Below, piece after piece: positions 11,627 through 24,489 of a stretch of 64,000 nucleotides of DNA; position 1 is the stretch's first letter; every line of letters begins with the position of its first letter. The position numbers and the translations under genes were made by a program. The notes beneath the pieces were generated by a model. The model made no database searches and was not told where the DNA came from. It was given only the letters and a program-made list of their open reading frames with translations. The stretch covers positions 41,099,572-41,163,571 of the forward strand of contig CP154954.1 in assembly GCA_039621445.1 (NCBI GenBank). The letters run 5' to 3'. This DNA is from Euglena gracilis. Taxonomy: Eukaryota.

Positions 11627-14600
11627 TTCCGCCTTCACGGTCAGTACCCGGAATTATTTCGGTCCCCCACCCCCCACTCCACATTTCCGCTCGGAATGCT
11701 GAGCAAAGTAGGAAAGGGTTCATGGGAAAGCTGGCATGCAAACGTATTTCCGCCAGACCTTTCACTTTGCGTACCACCAATGGAATTACTTGTCCAAGCG
11801 GAAATCCGCATCCAAAATTTCTCCGCGAAAGTTAAAATTCTCATTGACACTGGTTGTCGCATTGCACTGCTCTTTCGGTTGGGGTTGATACCGACCCCGC
11901 TCTTGGTAAGCGCCAAGAAACCGATCAAAATTACAACCGCGGATAACACCCTCATGTGTGGTGGTGATTTGGGATGTGTCCTCGAGATACTCTTGCCCAT
12001 CATTCCGAAGCATCACTCACAACCCCCACAATTACAACATTTCACCAATATTTGGGGTTACGAGTCCGGAATTCACGGGTCTGACGTATTTTTGGGATAC
12101 CCATTTTTACGCCAGTACCGATTGGTTGTGGATTGCCAGTCCCACGGTTTGCGCACAGCACCCACCACTTCATTGACACCCAAACCACCATCACCGTTGA
12201 CATCCGCCATGATGACCACCACACCAACAACCGTTTTCCACACCCGGGGTACGGAGAAAGCCTCCCCCCTGCCCAACGACACACCAACATGCGTTCCACA
12301 TGAGGCAGGGCAAGCCAGTAGCGGTACCCCCGCCGTTTCACTGGGTTACAAGACGAAAGCCCAAAGGCCTGAAGAAATTACGGTGTCGAGTAGTCGCCCA
12401 GCTACACCACCACTCCGTTTCCCACCAGTTGTGCCGAATCCAGGCACACCTGTACAAGACTCACCGGCTAATGCCATCGACACCCACCTACACGCACACC
12501 TGTCACACCAACACACTTCCTTCCAATGTGTGCACTGCAGGAGAATTTCCACCCAATCGGATTTCGATTGTGGATGTTTAGTTCAAAATCCGACACTAAT
12601 CGCCATTCCGAAAGCGGAATCCACACCCCAGGATACACTAAGTTGTAGCCCGCAGTGCGCGGAGATACACCGAGTGCTCCAACAACGCGGATTAGCCTCG
12701 TTGTTCGGAAACGCGAAAAGCGTCATGCCTAATCACCATCACGAGTACACTTGGTACGTATTTGATGCGGAATGGGGAAATCCCCAACCTGTCCAAACTC
12801 CCTTGGTATTATCCCTTGAGGTAGTGGAAGACAACCCGCATGGTTGTGGATCCATTCATTGTGTTTCTTCACTCCAACCCGGAAATCGGGTACATGAATA
12901 CGTGGAACGCGTATGGAATGCTTTCAATTTTGGTCAATATCGCATTTTGGAACGATGGTTTTCCAACATCGCGACATTGGCTGATTCTTTTGATTTGGCA
13001 TTGGAAATCGATGCCTTTTCATCCAATGCACATGCCCGTTTGCCACGTCATTGGTCACAACACTCCAACGCATTTAATAAATTTTGGGGTGATACGGTGT
13101 TATGGATACACCCTCCCCCAAAACTTATCGAATGTGCGGTTGGGAAGATTCTGCGGGATGAAGCCCGTGGAGTTATTCTCATACCCATCATTCCGGAAGC
13201 GGAATGGTTCACCCAACTATCGTATGTATGTTTTTATTGGTGGGATTTACCCACTAATGTGCCGATTTTTGAGGATTTTTGTGGTAAAATATTACCACCC
13301 TTGCAAGAAATCATTTTTCGCGTATGTTTCTTCGATGCATTCGGAATGTCCGAATTCGCGGTGCCGAGGAAGCTCGGTAGCCCCAGGGATACCCTGGTGG
13401 TTTCCGCAGTCATCGAGAGTGCAGGTCAGCATCCTAAGTCAGCCGAATTCTGTTCGCGGATCACCCGCGAATTTCACGGTGTGCTGGAAAATCCAGTATA
13501 CGCGTGCGACATCGACCCCGCGATACGCGGTCCGTTCGGTGTTTGTAAAATCGAGCTTAAGGATGGAGCCAAACCAATGCACCGGAATTTTTTTCGTTGT
13601 TCGGGAGAACGCGAACAAGCTCTCAATGAAATGATTGAGAAGCTTATTCAGCGCAAGTGGATTGTACCCTCGAAAAGCGAGTGGACATCCCAGGCATTTG
13701 TTGTTCCTAAACCCCCAGACCCCTCAGGTCAGAAGAAATGGAGACTGGTGCTGGATTACCGGTACCTGAACTCCCAAACAAGGGATGATCCCTTCCCGCT
13801 CCCCCTGATCGAGGATTTGATCACCAAGCAATCGGAAAACCGGTTGTGGTCAATTTTCGATCTGGAGGACGGTTTACACCAAATGCACTTGCACCCTACC
13901 CTGACTCACAACCATACTCGGCATTCGTGACATCCAAGGGTGTGTACCAATGGACGGTACTCCCCATGGGTGTTAAGAATGGCCCAGCCATGTTTCAGCG
14001 CATGATACAATGGGTTCTACGCGATTTACCGTTTGCCATATCCTCGTCACACACTTCCACCATGTTTGCGCGGTATTAGCCGCCTTTCAAAAACATGTGC
14101 TTTTCGCGAAAGGCGCGAAAATGCATTTGTTTCAGATTCTCATAAAATTTTGCGGTCACATCCTCAGCAATGGACAGCGGAAAGCCGCTCCGAGTAAACT
14201 CGAAGCCATTAAGAAATGGACCCCTGAGGTAATCAAAACGATTACACACCTCAAAGGATTTTTGGGATTAGCCCAATACTACGCGATTTATATGAAGGGC
14301 TTCGCGAAAATCGCGGTACCCCTCACCAAACAGCTCAAAAACCGGGCTGTTGGCAACACCAAAGTCATTTGGGATGACCAAATGCGCGAGACCCTTGAGA
14401 AAATCAAGGTTTTGCTTTTGGAGAATGTTGTCCTCGAAATCGCGGACCCCTACAAACCATACGTCTTGGAAGTCGACAGCAGCGATTCCGCTGTTGGCGG
14501 AGTTCTTAGCCAGCATAATGCGGCAAATGAGCTCCGACCTGTGGCTTTCTTCAGCAGAAAGTTACAGGGCGACGATGGAAAAGGCCAAGTCAAATGGAGT

Positions 14601-16542
14601 ATACGCGAGAAGGAAACCTACGCAATCGTGCTTATACTCCAGAAATTCCGAAGCTGGGTAGCCAGCAGCCTCGTCCTGATCCTCGTCAAGACCGACCATG
14701 AGAGCCTCCAACACTGGTACACCGAGGATTTGAACAAGGCCATGTCATCGGTCGGAAGGCGATGCAGATGGCATGAGTTCTTGAATCAATTCAACCTTGT
14801 GGTTATTTATACCCCTGGACACACACAAAAAGTAGCGGATCCGCTCAGTCGGGCCCCTTGGTATTACCCTGGGAACCCGGATGAGGGAGACGCGACTTTT
14901 CATGGAAGTCAGGAAGCTGACAAATACGCACGTCGAAACGACGCTGCGGATAATCTTTTGGATTCTTTTCCCGTTTCACAACTATTCCTGGTCGCACCAG
15001 TGCACGGAAGGCGCCGACGTGGAAACACGTCCGGGCCCCGGCGTATTACGTGTACGGAGTCCCCTTCACCACTGTTCTTTCGCGAATGGGATTATAGTCG
15101 TGATCCGGTGTATGACACCATTGCAACCAGACTTCGTAATGGCGAAGTGCTGGACAATTACACTCTTTCACCTTTACGGTTGGTTTTTCGCAATGAATCG
15201 GGTTACAAATATTGTATTCCCCAGGACCTGGTTGATGATGTGATTTTGTGTTATCACAACCATGGTCACCCTGGGGCCCCCAAACTTCTTTCGTTGGTGG
15301 GCCGCAGGTATTGCACAACCCTGAGCGAGAAAGAGCTTTACTCACGCTGTTTGCGAATAGCGCAACGGTGTCAAATTTGTCAAGCGGTAAAACCCCGCAG
15401 AGGTACCCCCCCTGGTACGATGGACTTTTTCCCCGTACCCCCTGACATTTTTACATCCCTCTGCATGGATTTTCTGGAATTAGAACCGTGCAAAGGAACG
15501 GACGACAAAATTTACGATTACGTTTTTGTTGTCGTCTGCAGGCTGAGTGGGTACATTGTAGCCATTCCATGCCAGAAGTCAGGGTTGACTGCCCAAAGTT
15601 TGGCAACTATATTTTTGGAGAAATGCATTTGCTTAATGGGTTTACCGAATGAAATCGTGAGTGATCAAGACCATTTGATTTCTTCAAGGTTTTTTCACCA
15701 CTTTGTGCGGTTTACTCGGAATCGAGCAACATTTTTCCATTATATACCGACCCAAAGGCAATGGTAGAGCCGAGGCAGCCGTGAAATCCGTCGTGAATAT
15801 GCTTCGCCTTTCACTGGCTGACTCGCGCAGCAACTGGATATCAGTTCTACCATGGTCTTTGTTTTATATCAATACCCTACCAGGGTTGGTTTTACCTCAC
15901 TCCCCTTATAAATTAGTTTTCGGACGGGACCCTCCGGCCATAGGGGATGTCCCTTCGGAGAGACCCGCCCGAACGAGTGTCAGTTGCGAGACCTGGTTTG
16001 CGGAAGTAGAAAATCTACGTTCTGCAGTCCAGAAGCGCGTCACTGATATTCATGCAACCAAACGGAAACCGTTTTGGCAGAATTTCAAGTCACCTGTGTA
16101 TAGCCCCGGTGACCGTGTGTGGGTGCGGAATAGCCGCACTCGCATGCAGTCTTCCAATCTGGACCCCCTCTGGCTCGGCCCCTGTGAAATCCTAGAAAGA
16201 CTAGGTACCAGCGGGCGTTACAAGGTTGCATTACCGAATGGTGTTGAGGACGTTCATATGGACGACTTCAAACCATACCTGTCGCCACCGGATGGGAAAC
16301 CCATCCCGTGTTTGCACTTCAAACCCCGTTCCAGATTACCTGAGACGGACGACTTTGTAGTCGATAAAATTATCGATCACAAAATCGACAAAGGTATGCA
16401 CCTTTGGAAGGTCCGCTGGAAAGGGTATGGGCCCGAGGAGGACACTTGGGAGCCAGCAACCAGTTTTGTTGGGTATGTCCAACAGGATTGGAAGCTGTGG
16501 AACAAGAAGCATAATATTAATGTTTCCATGACAAGTTTTTGA
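11588..16542 (+). pseudogene. pol: Pol of Gypsy element 1 (protease, MTase-like domain, RT, RNase H, integrase, chromodomain), frameshifted
   Basis: LIDTGC protease; WRLVLDYRYLN and LPMGVKNGPAMFQ RT motifs with the YxDD segment deleted near 14040; RNase H VDSSDSAVGGVL/TDHESL; integrase HNHGH..CQIC, MDF, SDQD, GRAE; chromodomain VDKIIDH..WKVRWKGYGPEEDTWEP. Split over ORFs 11588, 13846, 14010, 15703. Confidence 0.92.
12932..13340 (+). other. Dam-like / DIRS-type N6-adenine MTase domain inside Gypsy Pol
   Basis: EIDAFSSNAHARLPRHWS..NAFNKFW..LWIHPPPKLI..ILIP..EWFTQL is colinear with the DIRS MT domains in this window (LFASPGNKKL..NAL..YANPPW..LIVPQW..WW). Confidence 0.75.
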
Positions 16543-16704
16543 GAACGCATGGGAAACCCATGTTGTTTTCTTTTTCTTTTTATCATTGATTCTGCTCATT
16601 CTTTCTTTCCGCAGACTTTTACCAAATAATACTCAAGCGGTTACCCTCACACACCTTACAACCAACAACCCCAACATCCCACCGTACCGACCCCGGGCTG
16701 TATC

Positions 16705-19700
16705 ATGCTGCCCGGTGGAAGGGAGCCAGGCGGAGGACCGCCTTACCACCCCACCACTCACCCTCAACCTGACCAGTATGCGTACCGATACGGTACACAG
16801 CCACCTGCACGGACTGCGGCTCAGGGAAACCCTGAAGCCAGCAGCAGTAGCAGGATGACCCAGATGCCCGCGGAAGCGCGGCCATCTCAGCCATCAGGCT
16901 CTCGTCGCCTCCCACCGTATGCGGGTGTGATGATCCACCGCACGGCGGAGACGATGAACCGGGTTATGCGTATGAGCGCAAACCCGGCACCAGACCAACT
17001 CACACAGGCATTGTGGGATGACCACTGCCGTAAAGTTTTGACCATCGCGAATACCCCTCCAGCCCTGTGGTGTATGTGCGCCCAGGCGACGATGACCGGT
17101 CTGGTGTATTACACCGACCCGGACGCGTCGGGATTCGCGGCAGACATTACCATGCGTGACCTGGGCGTGGAAGTCCCGCCACAGGTCGCACGGCAGGTAC
17201 CACCAGTTGGCACTTACACTGCACATTTTCGTGCTCACTCCCCCGGATTACCCGAGGAAGAGACAGTGGAAGCACCTGTCCGGAGTGAACACCCACGTGT
17301 GAAAGAAAGTATTTTTCGATCCCCTGAGCGCATGCCCCGGCGGGATTATCCTGCGCAGGAGCCTGTGTCTCAGTATACCGTCTCTGGGGATTACCCCCAG
17401 GAGGCGCCAATGCCACGGGATCAGTACGTATATCCACCTCAACCCCACCCAACCATACGTGACCCTATCCCACGACGTCCTGCGGAGGGGAATCCTCCCC
17501 CGACGTCTGACTCTGCCCGAAGCGCTCGTCCGCGGGAAGCCGCGGCAGCGCCTCGTGCGGCACCAGTTCCCCCGGTACGGGATGAACCCGTTAACCCGTG
17601 GACTGGCCGGCCGTTTGAGACTGAGGAGGAGCGTCAACAGTATGAATATGCTGTGACGATCCAACGACAAATCGCACGTCGCCCCCCTGTTTCCGCTGGC
17701 CAGGGATACCCTGCCCGGGCGGAAATGACACGGGACGAGCGCCAGCAGTATGATGCCGCTGTGTCGGCGCTCACAGGAATCCCAGCTTCATCACGATCAA
17801 GTCAACCAGCGCGACAGCAGGACGTTGCTGTGGCGGAAGCGCCTCCAGCACGGCCCACAGGCTCTGCCGCCGGCAAACGTGACCGCGGCCCGGAAAATCT
17901 GACGCCGCAGCCACAGCGCCGCTCGCCGAGGTCGGAAAATCCGCCCGCGGCGATGCACGTCGACGCTGAGGAGGAAGCTCCGCCAGCGCCAGGCGTGTCG
18001 GCAGAACGGGCACGTCGGGAAACCCGACCATCCCCAGTCGCACCGGTTTACTCGAAGCGTGGTGACGCTGAGCAGGAATTTGCTCGAACACCAAGCACGG
18101 AATCCGTGACTTACCCCTTGTTTACACCAGAAGACCCAGACTACTGGGAATACTTTGACCCATACCGGGCGACCTTTGAATGGCTGTCTAACACAAAGGG
18201 TAAGGGGAAGGGTAAAGGCAAGGGTAAGGGAAAGGAAAAGGCCAGGAGAAAGGTGGGAAAGCCCCACCTGGCAAAGGCGGAAAAGCCGCCTGGCCAGCTC
18301 CAGGCAAAGGCGGAAAATCTGCCGGACCCCCAGCAGGCAAGGGCGGGAAAGCCGCCGAACCTTCGAAAACGAAGGATTATGACGTTGCCTCAGTGTTCAA
18401 GTACCTGGAGGAGATCTGGCCGAAAATCGACGAGGATCTCCAAAAGTTCACAAGGGCAGGCAACGTCATCCACCGACCACCGGATGCGGTGCTCGAAGTG
18501 GTGCAGAATCGTATGAACGATCACTGCAAACGTTTTTTCTACAGTGCCGAACTTCATGCGTTCGAGGGATACCCTCATTCGAATGAAGTTGTCCTGGACC
18601 AGATGCCTGGTTTCTGGGAGCTGTGGTTCTGGTTTGGATACCCCTGCCAGAATTTCGGCATTTTTACCGACCGAAACGGTCTAACGTACATCGATTGCCT
18701 GAATACCTGTGAAGACGGCGAAACGTTCGTCGCACAGTTGAAGGAAATCTTCAACCACATGTTTTCAGTCAGCGTACTGGGAATCCAGTGGAAGTATTAC
18801 CCCCTGCCGGAGAAACTCCAGGCGCAGGCTGCGGTAATGTTCACGAACAACCTCCAAGTCTTCTTGGACAGCATGTATGGCATGCTGTTCAAGGTACTGG
18901 ACGTGGACCTCGCGTACCCCCAGCGGTACAAACTGGAATGCCAGTTTTGCAAGGAAGTCCATATCGTTGACTTCTGGGGTTTCGGAGAACGCGGAAAACC
19001 GCCTCCGTCTGCCGAGAATGCCGGCAGACAGCCGACCAGGAGATTCCTCCTGCATCAGTGCCGGAATCCCCAGATCGGAACGCAAGACCGAAAGGTGCTG
19101 AAACAGCACCGGCAGAAAATATTTCTGCTGCAGCAGTACTGGCACAGGGCGTGGATTACCTACGTCCTGGAGGTCTACATATATTTCCTGGAATATATGA
19201 CCACCGATGTGGAAATCCACAGACAGTGGTTGCCTCGAGGATATATGGAGGTGAACGCCATACCCAATGACCCAGACCAGCGCATGATGAACCTGCGACC
19301 AGACTGGGAAGAGGCCGAAATCGGTCTCTAGGAACACCTGGAGACCCAATTCGGGAATATCCTGATATGGGAGGATTTTCAGATTTTTTTCGCGGCGCAC
19401 GAAGGGGAAGTCCCTCGTTACGCGCTGCCACTGCCTGCATTCCTGGAAGAAACCGGAGAGTTTGGCGTGACTGACCATTGTCGACGACAGTGGGAAGACC
19501 TTTGCTTGATCGACGATGATCAACCACAGCCTCCACCCGAAAGCTGGGTGAGAGCGACATGGCCACCCCCATACCCCAATTCTGACAGGAGTGAAAGTAT
19601 TAGTTTTTTCCGCCTGTCGAACGCACAAGGGTGCTACAGGAGGGGGAAAGACCCGCGTTCTGCAGCACAGCTACACGCAGCCGAATCCTCTCCGGAAGCG

Positions 19701-22137
19701 GAGGAGGAGGAGGAGGAGGAGGTCCCAATGGCCGAGGATGAACCTCAGCCAACGGAACCTCCGGCACGGGAAACCCGTAGCCCATCGGTAGTGATGCTGG
19801 ATACTGTGGCAGAAACCGCCCAACACCCAGGATCACAGGCAGGTGAAATGACACCTGTCCATCTATCACCAACCTCACTGGGTACAGCGGGTGTACCAAC
19901 CCCTCCCCGGGAAAACCCGCCGGAAACGGTGCCCCACACGCCTGAGGTATTACGCCTCAAGCTCCCTGTTTCCGGGGGAACCCCGTTAACAGAGGAGCCA
20001 GCCGAGGAGCCCACTTCAGGTGAGGAGAGACGCACCTCGCTGGGCGGACGCGTACTCGGTGGTTTACAGTCGCTGATCGTAGTTGTCACTCCACGTGGCA
20101 CTGCGGCCAGTTCTTCCGCAGCTGCCAGCGGCGGAAGAAACAGCTGACACTGCAGCCATGGTGGAGGATGAACCTCACCCAACGGCAGCGCCACCGCCAG
20201 TGTCGGAAGCGACACGGACGGAGGGCGAAAGGACAGCAATGACTGTGGAGACAACACCGGCCGTGTCAGTACAGGATGAACCTGTATCGACACCGGCGGC
20301 ACCACCGGAGGCACGGGATGAACCCGTACCTCATGGTACAGCCACAATCACCGCAGAGAAGCGTCAAGGCACACGGACACCGGCGCCTGAAAAACAGGCC
20401 GAGCGGGCGTGCATGCCTCCACCACAGGCTCAGCCAGCGCGAAGTGCACAGGCTAGGCCTACACCACCACCATCCCCCACGGCTACCCCTGGGAAACCTT
20501 CGGGAGCCGTGAAGGAGCGTGTAGGACGACCATCAGCTCGGGAAACCCCTGCTGAAGGTCAACGACGTTCGGCGTCGGGGAAAAGACCCCCGTCCCAAGC
20601 GTCACCACACACGTGGGCAAGCAAACGAGACGCCGAGCGGCGCCCCTCGGAGACTCCGGAAACCGGAAGCCCGAAGGCCCCGGCGAAAAGTAAACCGGGA
20701 GCCACACCTTGCAAACCCACACCGAAATCTGGTGATCAGCCCCCACCGAAAGGCGGTGGTGGTGCTGGCGGCCAGAGTGCTGCATCCTCTTCTCGGGGAT
20801 TAACCTCGGGACAAGGATTCACGCATGTCACGTCAGCCGGCTATGGGAAAACCTCACAGCCGAAACCTCCGACAACGGGGCAGGGAAAATCCCGCGCCTC
20901 GACAGCCGAGACACCTTCAGAAGACGAAGTTGTCATCGACTGGAACGCGATCAATCAGGATGACCCTGACGTTCATGACCTGAAAAACAGGTACATGATG
21001 ATCGCACATAAATTGAGAACACAGAAATGCCTTAACCGGTGGATTGAGCCACTGTTATGTCAGGGACGGAAATAGTACTTTGATCAGAACGTCACCTGGA
21101 ATTATTACAATTCCAGGTCCCCCCGTGTTTTTTGCCCAATCCTTCGGTGAGGAATTCCTCATCGACAAAACAACGGAAAGCCGTTTTGTGTGGCTTTGCA
21201 CTGTATGCCACAAGATGTACAACAGTGCACCTGACCTGGGATTACCCCTCGTTCATGTGTGCAACCTGTGGATCGGAAATCGTTCCACAATGATGTATAC
21301 ATTCCTAACTGTGCCGCCTTGGTATGTGCCAAGTGCGTGGACAGTTGGACCCACAAGCACAATTTCAGTTACACCGACCGAGATGGTACGAATGTACCAG
21401 TTCTCTGCGTCAACTGCCTTCGAGGTACCTTCTGGCACACTGCGGAAGGCGCAGTACGCACAATCGTGCCAAGTGACGAGAAGCCACTGGAGGAATACTC
21501 CACCTTGAACAAAAAGTTCAAGGACTTTTTCAAGTATGCCAACCTTAAGCTTGACGACTACCGCCACACGGGAATGGCCCGTGTGTGGCAGATCGACAGT
21601 GGGGCGATACGCCTCGCTGCTGAGGAGGCAGGGGTAAGATTACCTTACCTCTGGGAAACAGCAGACAGGGAAAAGATACTTTTCCGCCTGTTCCAAAACC
21701 AGGACCGAAATGGTCGCTGGTGCCTGCCACAATGGCCACCCAAAAACCACGGGATGACCTGGAAAGACTGGCTTGGGGCCGTATTACGACCCAATACAGT
21801 CCGCGCAGAATGTGCGTATCACATGCCGATTGACTTCCACCCGGGGAATGCCCCGCAGGTGTCAGCCAATCACCCAAGGATGAACTACTTCATCCGGCCA
21901 GCAACTCTGCCCAGGAAATTCTGGGAGAAGCTGCAGTGGTTCCTCGCGGAAAGAGCGAGTGCAACCAAGCACACAGTCCCCGAAGGATGGGTTCGGGACT
22001 GGGTGGCACCTGATTTCGAATACGAATCGCCAGAAACCTGGCTCGTAGATAGGCCACCACCACCACAATTCCAGATGGTCCTTGTGGAAGATCCCTTGGA
22101 CTCCCGCCATGATTATTGGCGGCTGGAACGGATGTAA
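16705..22137 (+). pseudogene. Large extra ORF (~1800 codons, broken) downstream of integrase in Gypsy element 1
   Basis: Overlapping same-strand ORFs 16705, 18393, 19467 (same frame as 18393 across one TAG), 20083, 21044, 21259; Pro-rich linkers, KG/GKGGK repeats, two aromatic-rich regions with CxxC motifs. Confidence 0.6.
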
Positions 22138-22194
22138 TGCCGAAACGGCATTACCAGGCTCATGTAAGGTAAGTGCCTTCATGGGTCCTGGACA

Positions 22195-22657
22195 TCCATA
22201 TACTATACATACATATAGGACTATAATATATATCATATATCAGATATATACAAAGATAGAAGATAGATGGATATAGAGGAGAGATACTATAAGATATAGA
22301 ACAGATATAGCTAGAGATAGGGAATATATCATCTATATATATATATATATATAGAAGAGATACAGAGAGAGAGATAGCAGAGATAGATAGAGAGAGATAG
22401 AGGAGAGAGAGAGAGAGAGAGAAGAGATAGAGAGAGAAGAGAGAGAGAGAGAAGAGAGAGAGAGAGAAGAGAGAGATATAGAGAGAGAGATATAAGATAG
22501 ATATATAGAGAGAGATATCTATCTATATATATATAATAGAGAGAGAGAGAGATATATATATATATATATATATATAGATATCTATATATTCTCTATATAT
22601 AATATTATATATATATATATGTATATATATAGATATATATGTATATATATATATACA
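22195..22657. repeat. Compound (TA)n/(GA)n microsatellite
   Basis: Irregular TA and GA dinucleotide runs; possibly low-quality consensus. Confidence 0.9.
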
Positions 22658-23829
22658 TTGGTAGCGGAAATCGCTAAACAGCCCTGGGATGAACCTGGGT
22701 CTGACACTCTACGCTCTGGATGGAAGCATCCGAGAGCCACCCCCCCCCCCCCCCCCCACCCCCCTCTGCCAATGGCCATGCGGACGGATACCGTCTGCAA
22801 GAGGTAATCGCCTCTTATTGCGTCGTGAAGGAGCTACTGCTGTGAAGACCTTGGCAGCCGGGAAACCTGGCAAGCCGCTAAGTGGCGCACAGCACACAGC
22901 GTGCACGCCGTAATAATAGGCCAACTTGTCACTTTTCGGCCCTAAGGCCCTCAAGGCTGCCAGACAGCAAAAATTCTGTTCTGGCCTAAGCCAGCCCCCC
23001 TCTCCTCCCTACTTTCCCCCCACCCCCGCAAAGCTGTCGCCGGCCCCCCCCTTCCACACCTCTCCCCTCGGGTTTTCAGCGAATCGCTTGACCAACCCCG
23101 CGTGCCTTTGGCACACCCAAAGTGGGTGGATGGGACACTTTGTCAGGAAACCTGCCAAGCCCCGTTTCCCACGGTGGGCGTTTTCACACCACACCTAATC
23201 CGAAAAGGCTAATAGGTAACCGCGAAACGCGGCTAACCTTTTGCGCGTTTTTGGGCTTTGGGTGGATGCCACTGTGCGGAAAGGAGAGACACCGAATGTA
23301 GAAGTGAACCCCACCTAGGGCAGCGTCAGATATCCTGACTGGACTGGGAAACCCTGGTCCATGAAGGAAATCGGGCGTAGCCCTGGGAGGTGGATGTGTA
23401 CCAGGCACGTCCCAGCTCTGTAGGATATCTGCAGAGTGGGTTCTGTGACGGTCGTACCACTGTGGAAAACCACAGCTGGTAGGATCGTGGCAGACCCTTC
23501 TGGGATCTGCCCCTGGACACGTCAGCACTTTTCTCTCCTTCCCCCACAGGTGGTATTCTTTACTCTCACAATCTCAAAGTTTGACCATTGGTTTTGTCAG
23601 AGGGAAAAACCCTCAGAACAGTCGAACTTGATCTCAGAAGAAACTTCTGAGTCTTTGCTTTGTGCTTTGCTTCTTGGGGAATTGGGAAGAAAAAGGGAAA
23701 ACCACTTTTCGTTACTCCAAAGACTTTTCCCTACCATAAGTAGGCTGCGCACCAAGGCGAAAGCGAAAGGCTTTTACAGAAAGTTCCAAAAAGGGGAAAA
23801 TGGAAAGCTTTGGACGTACACTGGACCCC

Positions 23830-24260
23830 CTGCCTCAGAATCACCCCCTACAGGGGTCTGTTCACCAATTGCATGGGGGAACAAATGCCACCCCTCACGT
23901 GGCCCCTGTTTTGCATGATTTGCTCAGGCAAATTTTGGACGGGGAAAAAATTCAGGTTAAAACTATTCACGATTTCCTGGGGATAAACCCCAGTTTATAA
24001 TGTCATGAGAGTGCTTTTGCACTTCTGTGGGTAATTTCGGAGCAAATGGGGGTGCCCCCCCCTGCATCCACCACAGAACAGGTGCCTGACGCTGTAATAC
24101 AATTTTTCCAATTTTCCAAGTCTTAAGCCCGTAATGCATACAGTGCTATGCTTTTGATTCCTGGCTTTGGTGGGTTAAGATTCCACACCCTGTTAACCCC
24201 TTACAAGAGGCTTTGGAACCAAAAGCTGGATAAATATGGTGTATTTTGGGGTCCCCTTCC
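23830..24260 (+). mobile_element. DIRS fragment (end of MT, start of tyrosine recombinase)
   Basis: Similar to 33430-33850 (LIPGFGGLRFHTLLTPYKRLWN). Confidence 0.7.
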
Positions 24261-24489
24261 AGTCCTCCTTGGGCACTTCCTTGTCCTTGGTTGCATCTTC
24301 GCCAGCCTTGTTGGAAATGTGTCTTGGTAGCTGGGAGGCAGTGTGGGTCCTGCCTTTTGCAGCGCCTGGGTTCCTGTTGTCCCATCTTGCTTGGTGTTCT
24401 GCCCCCAATGCCCAGGGTTTTCTGCCCCTATTGGGCTGGGGGTTTCGTACTCCCTCGAGGAGGACCGACAAGGGAGAAAGGGACACTGA

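Larger units (their letters stand above)
9698..22190 (+). mobile_element. Ty3/Gypsy chromodomain LTR retrotransposon 1 (gag-PR-MTase-RT-RH-IN-CHD plus a long extra ORF); boundaries uncertain
   Basis: Gypsy domain order. Possible LTR start TGTTACAG at 9698, but no second LTR copy found; the 3' side runs into a TA/GA microsatellite. Confidence 0.85.

Noticed and set aside
16705-22137. env gene
   Set aside because: No signal peptide or transmembrane helix evident.
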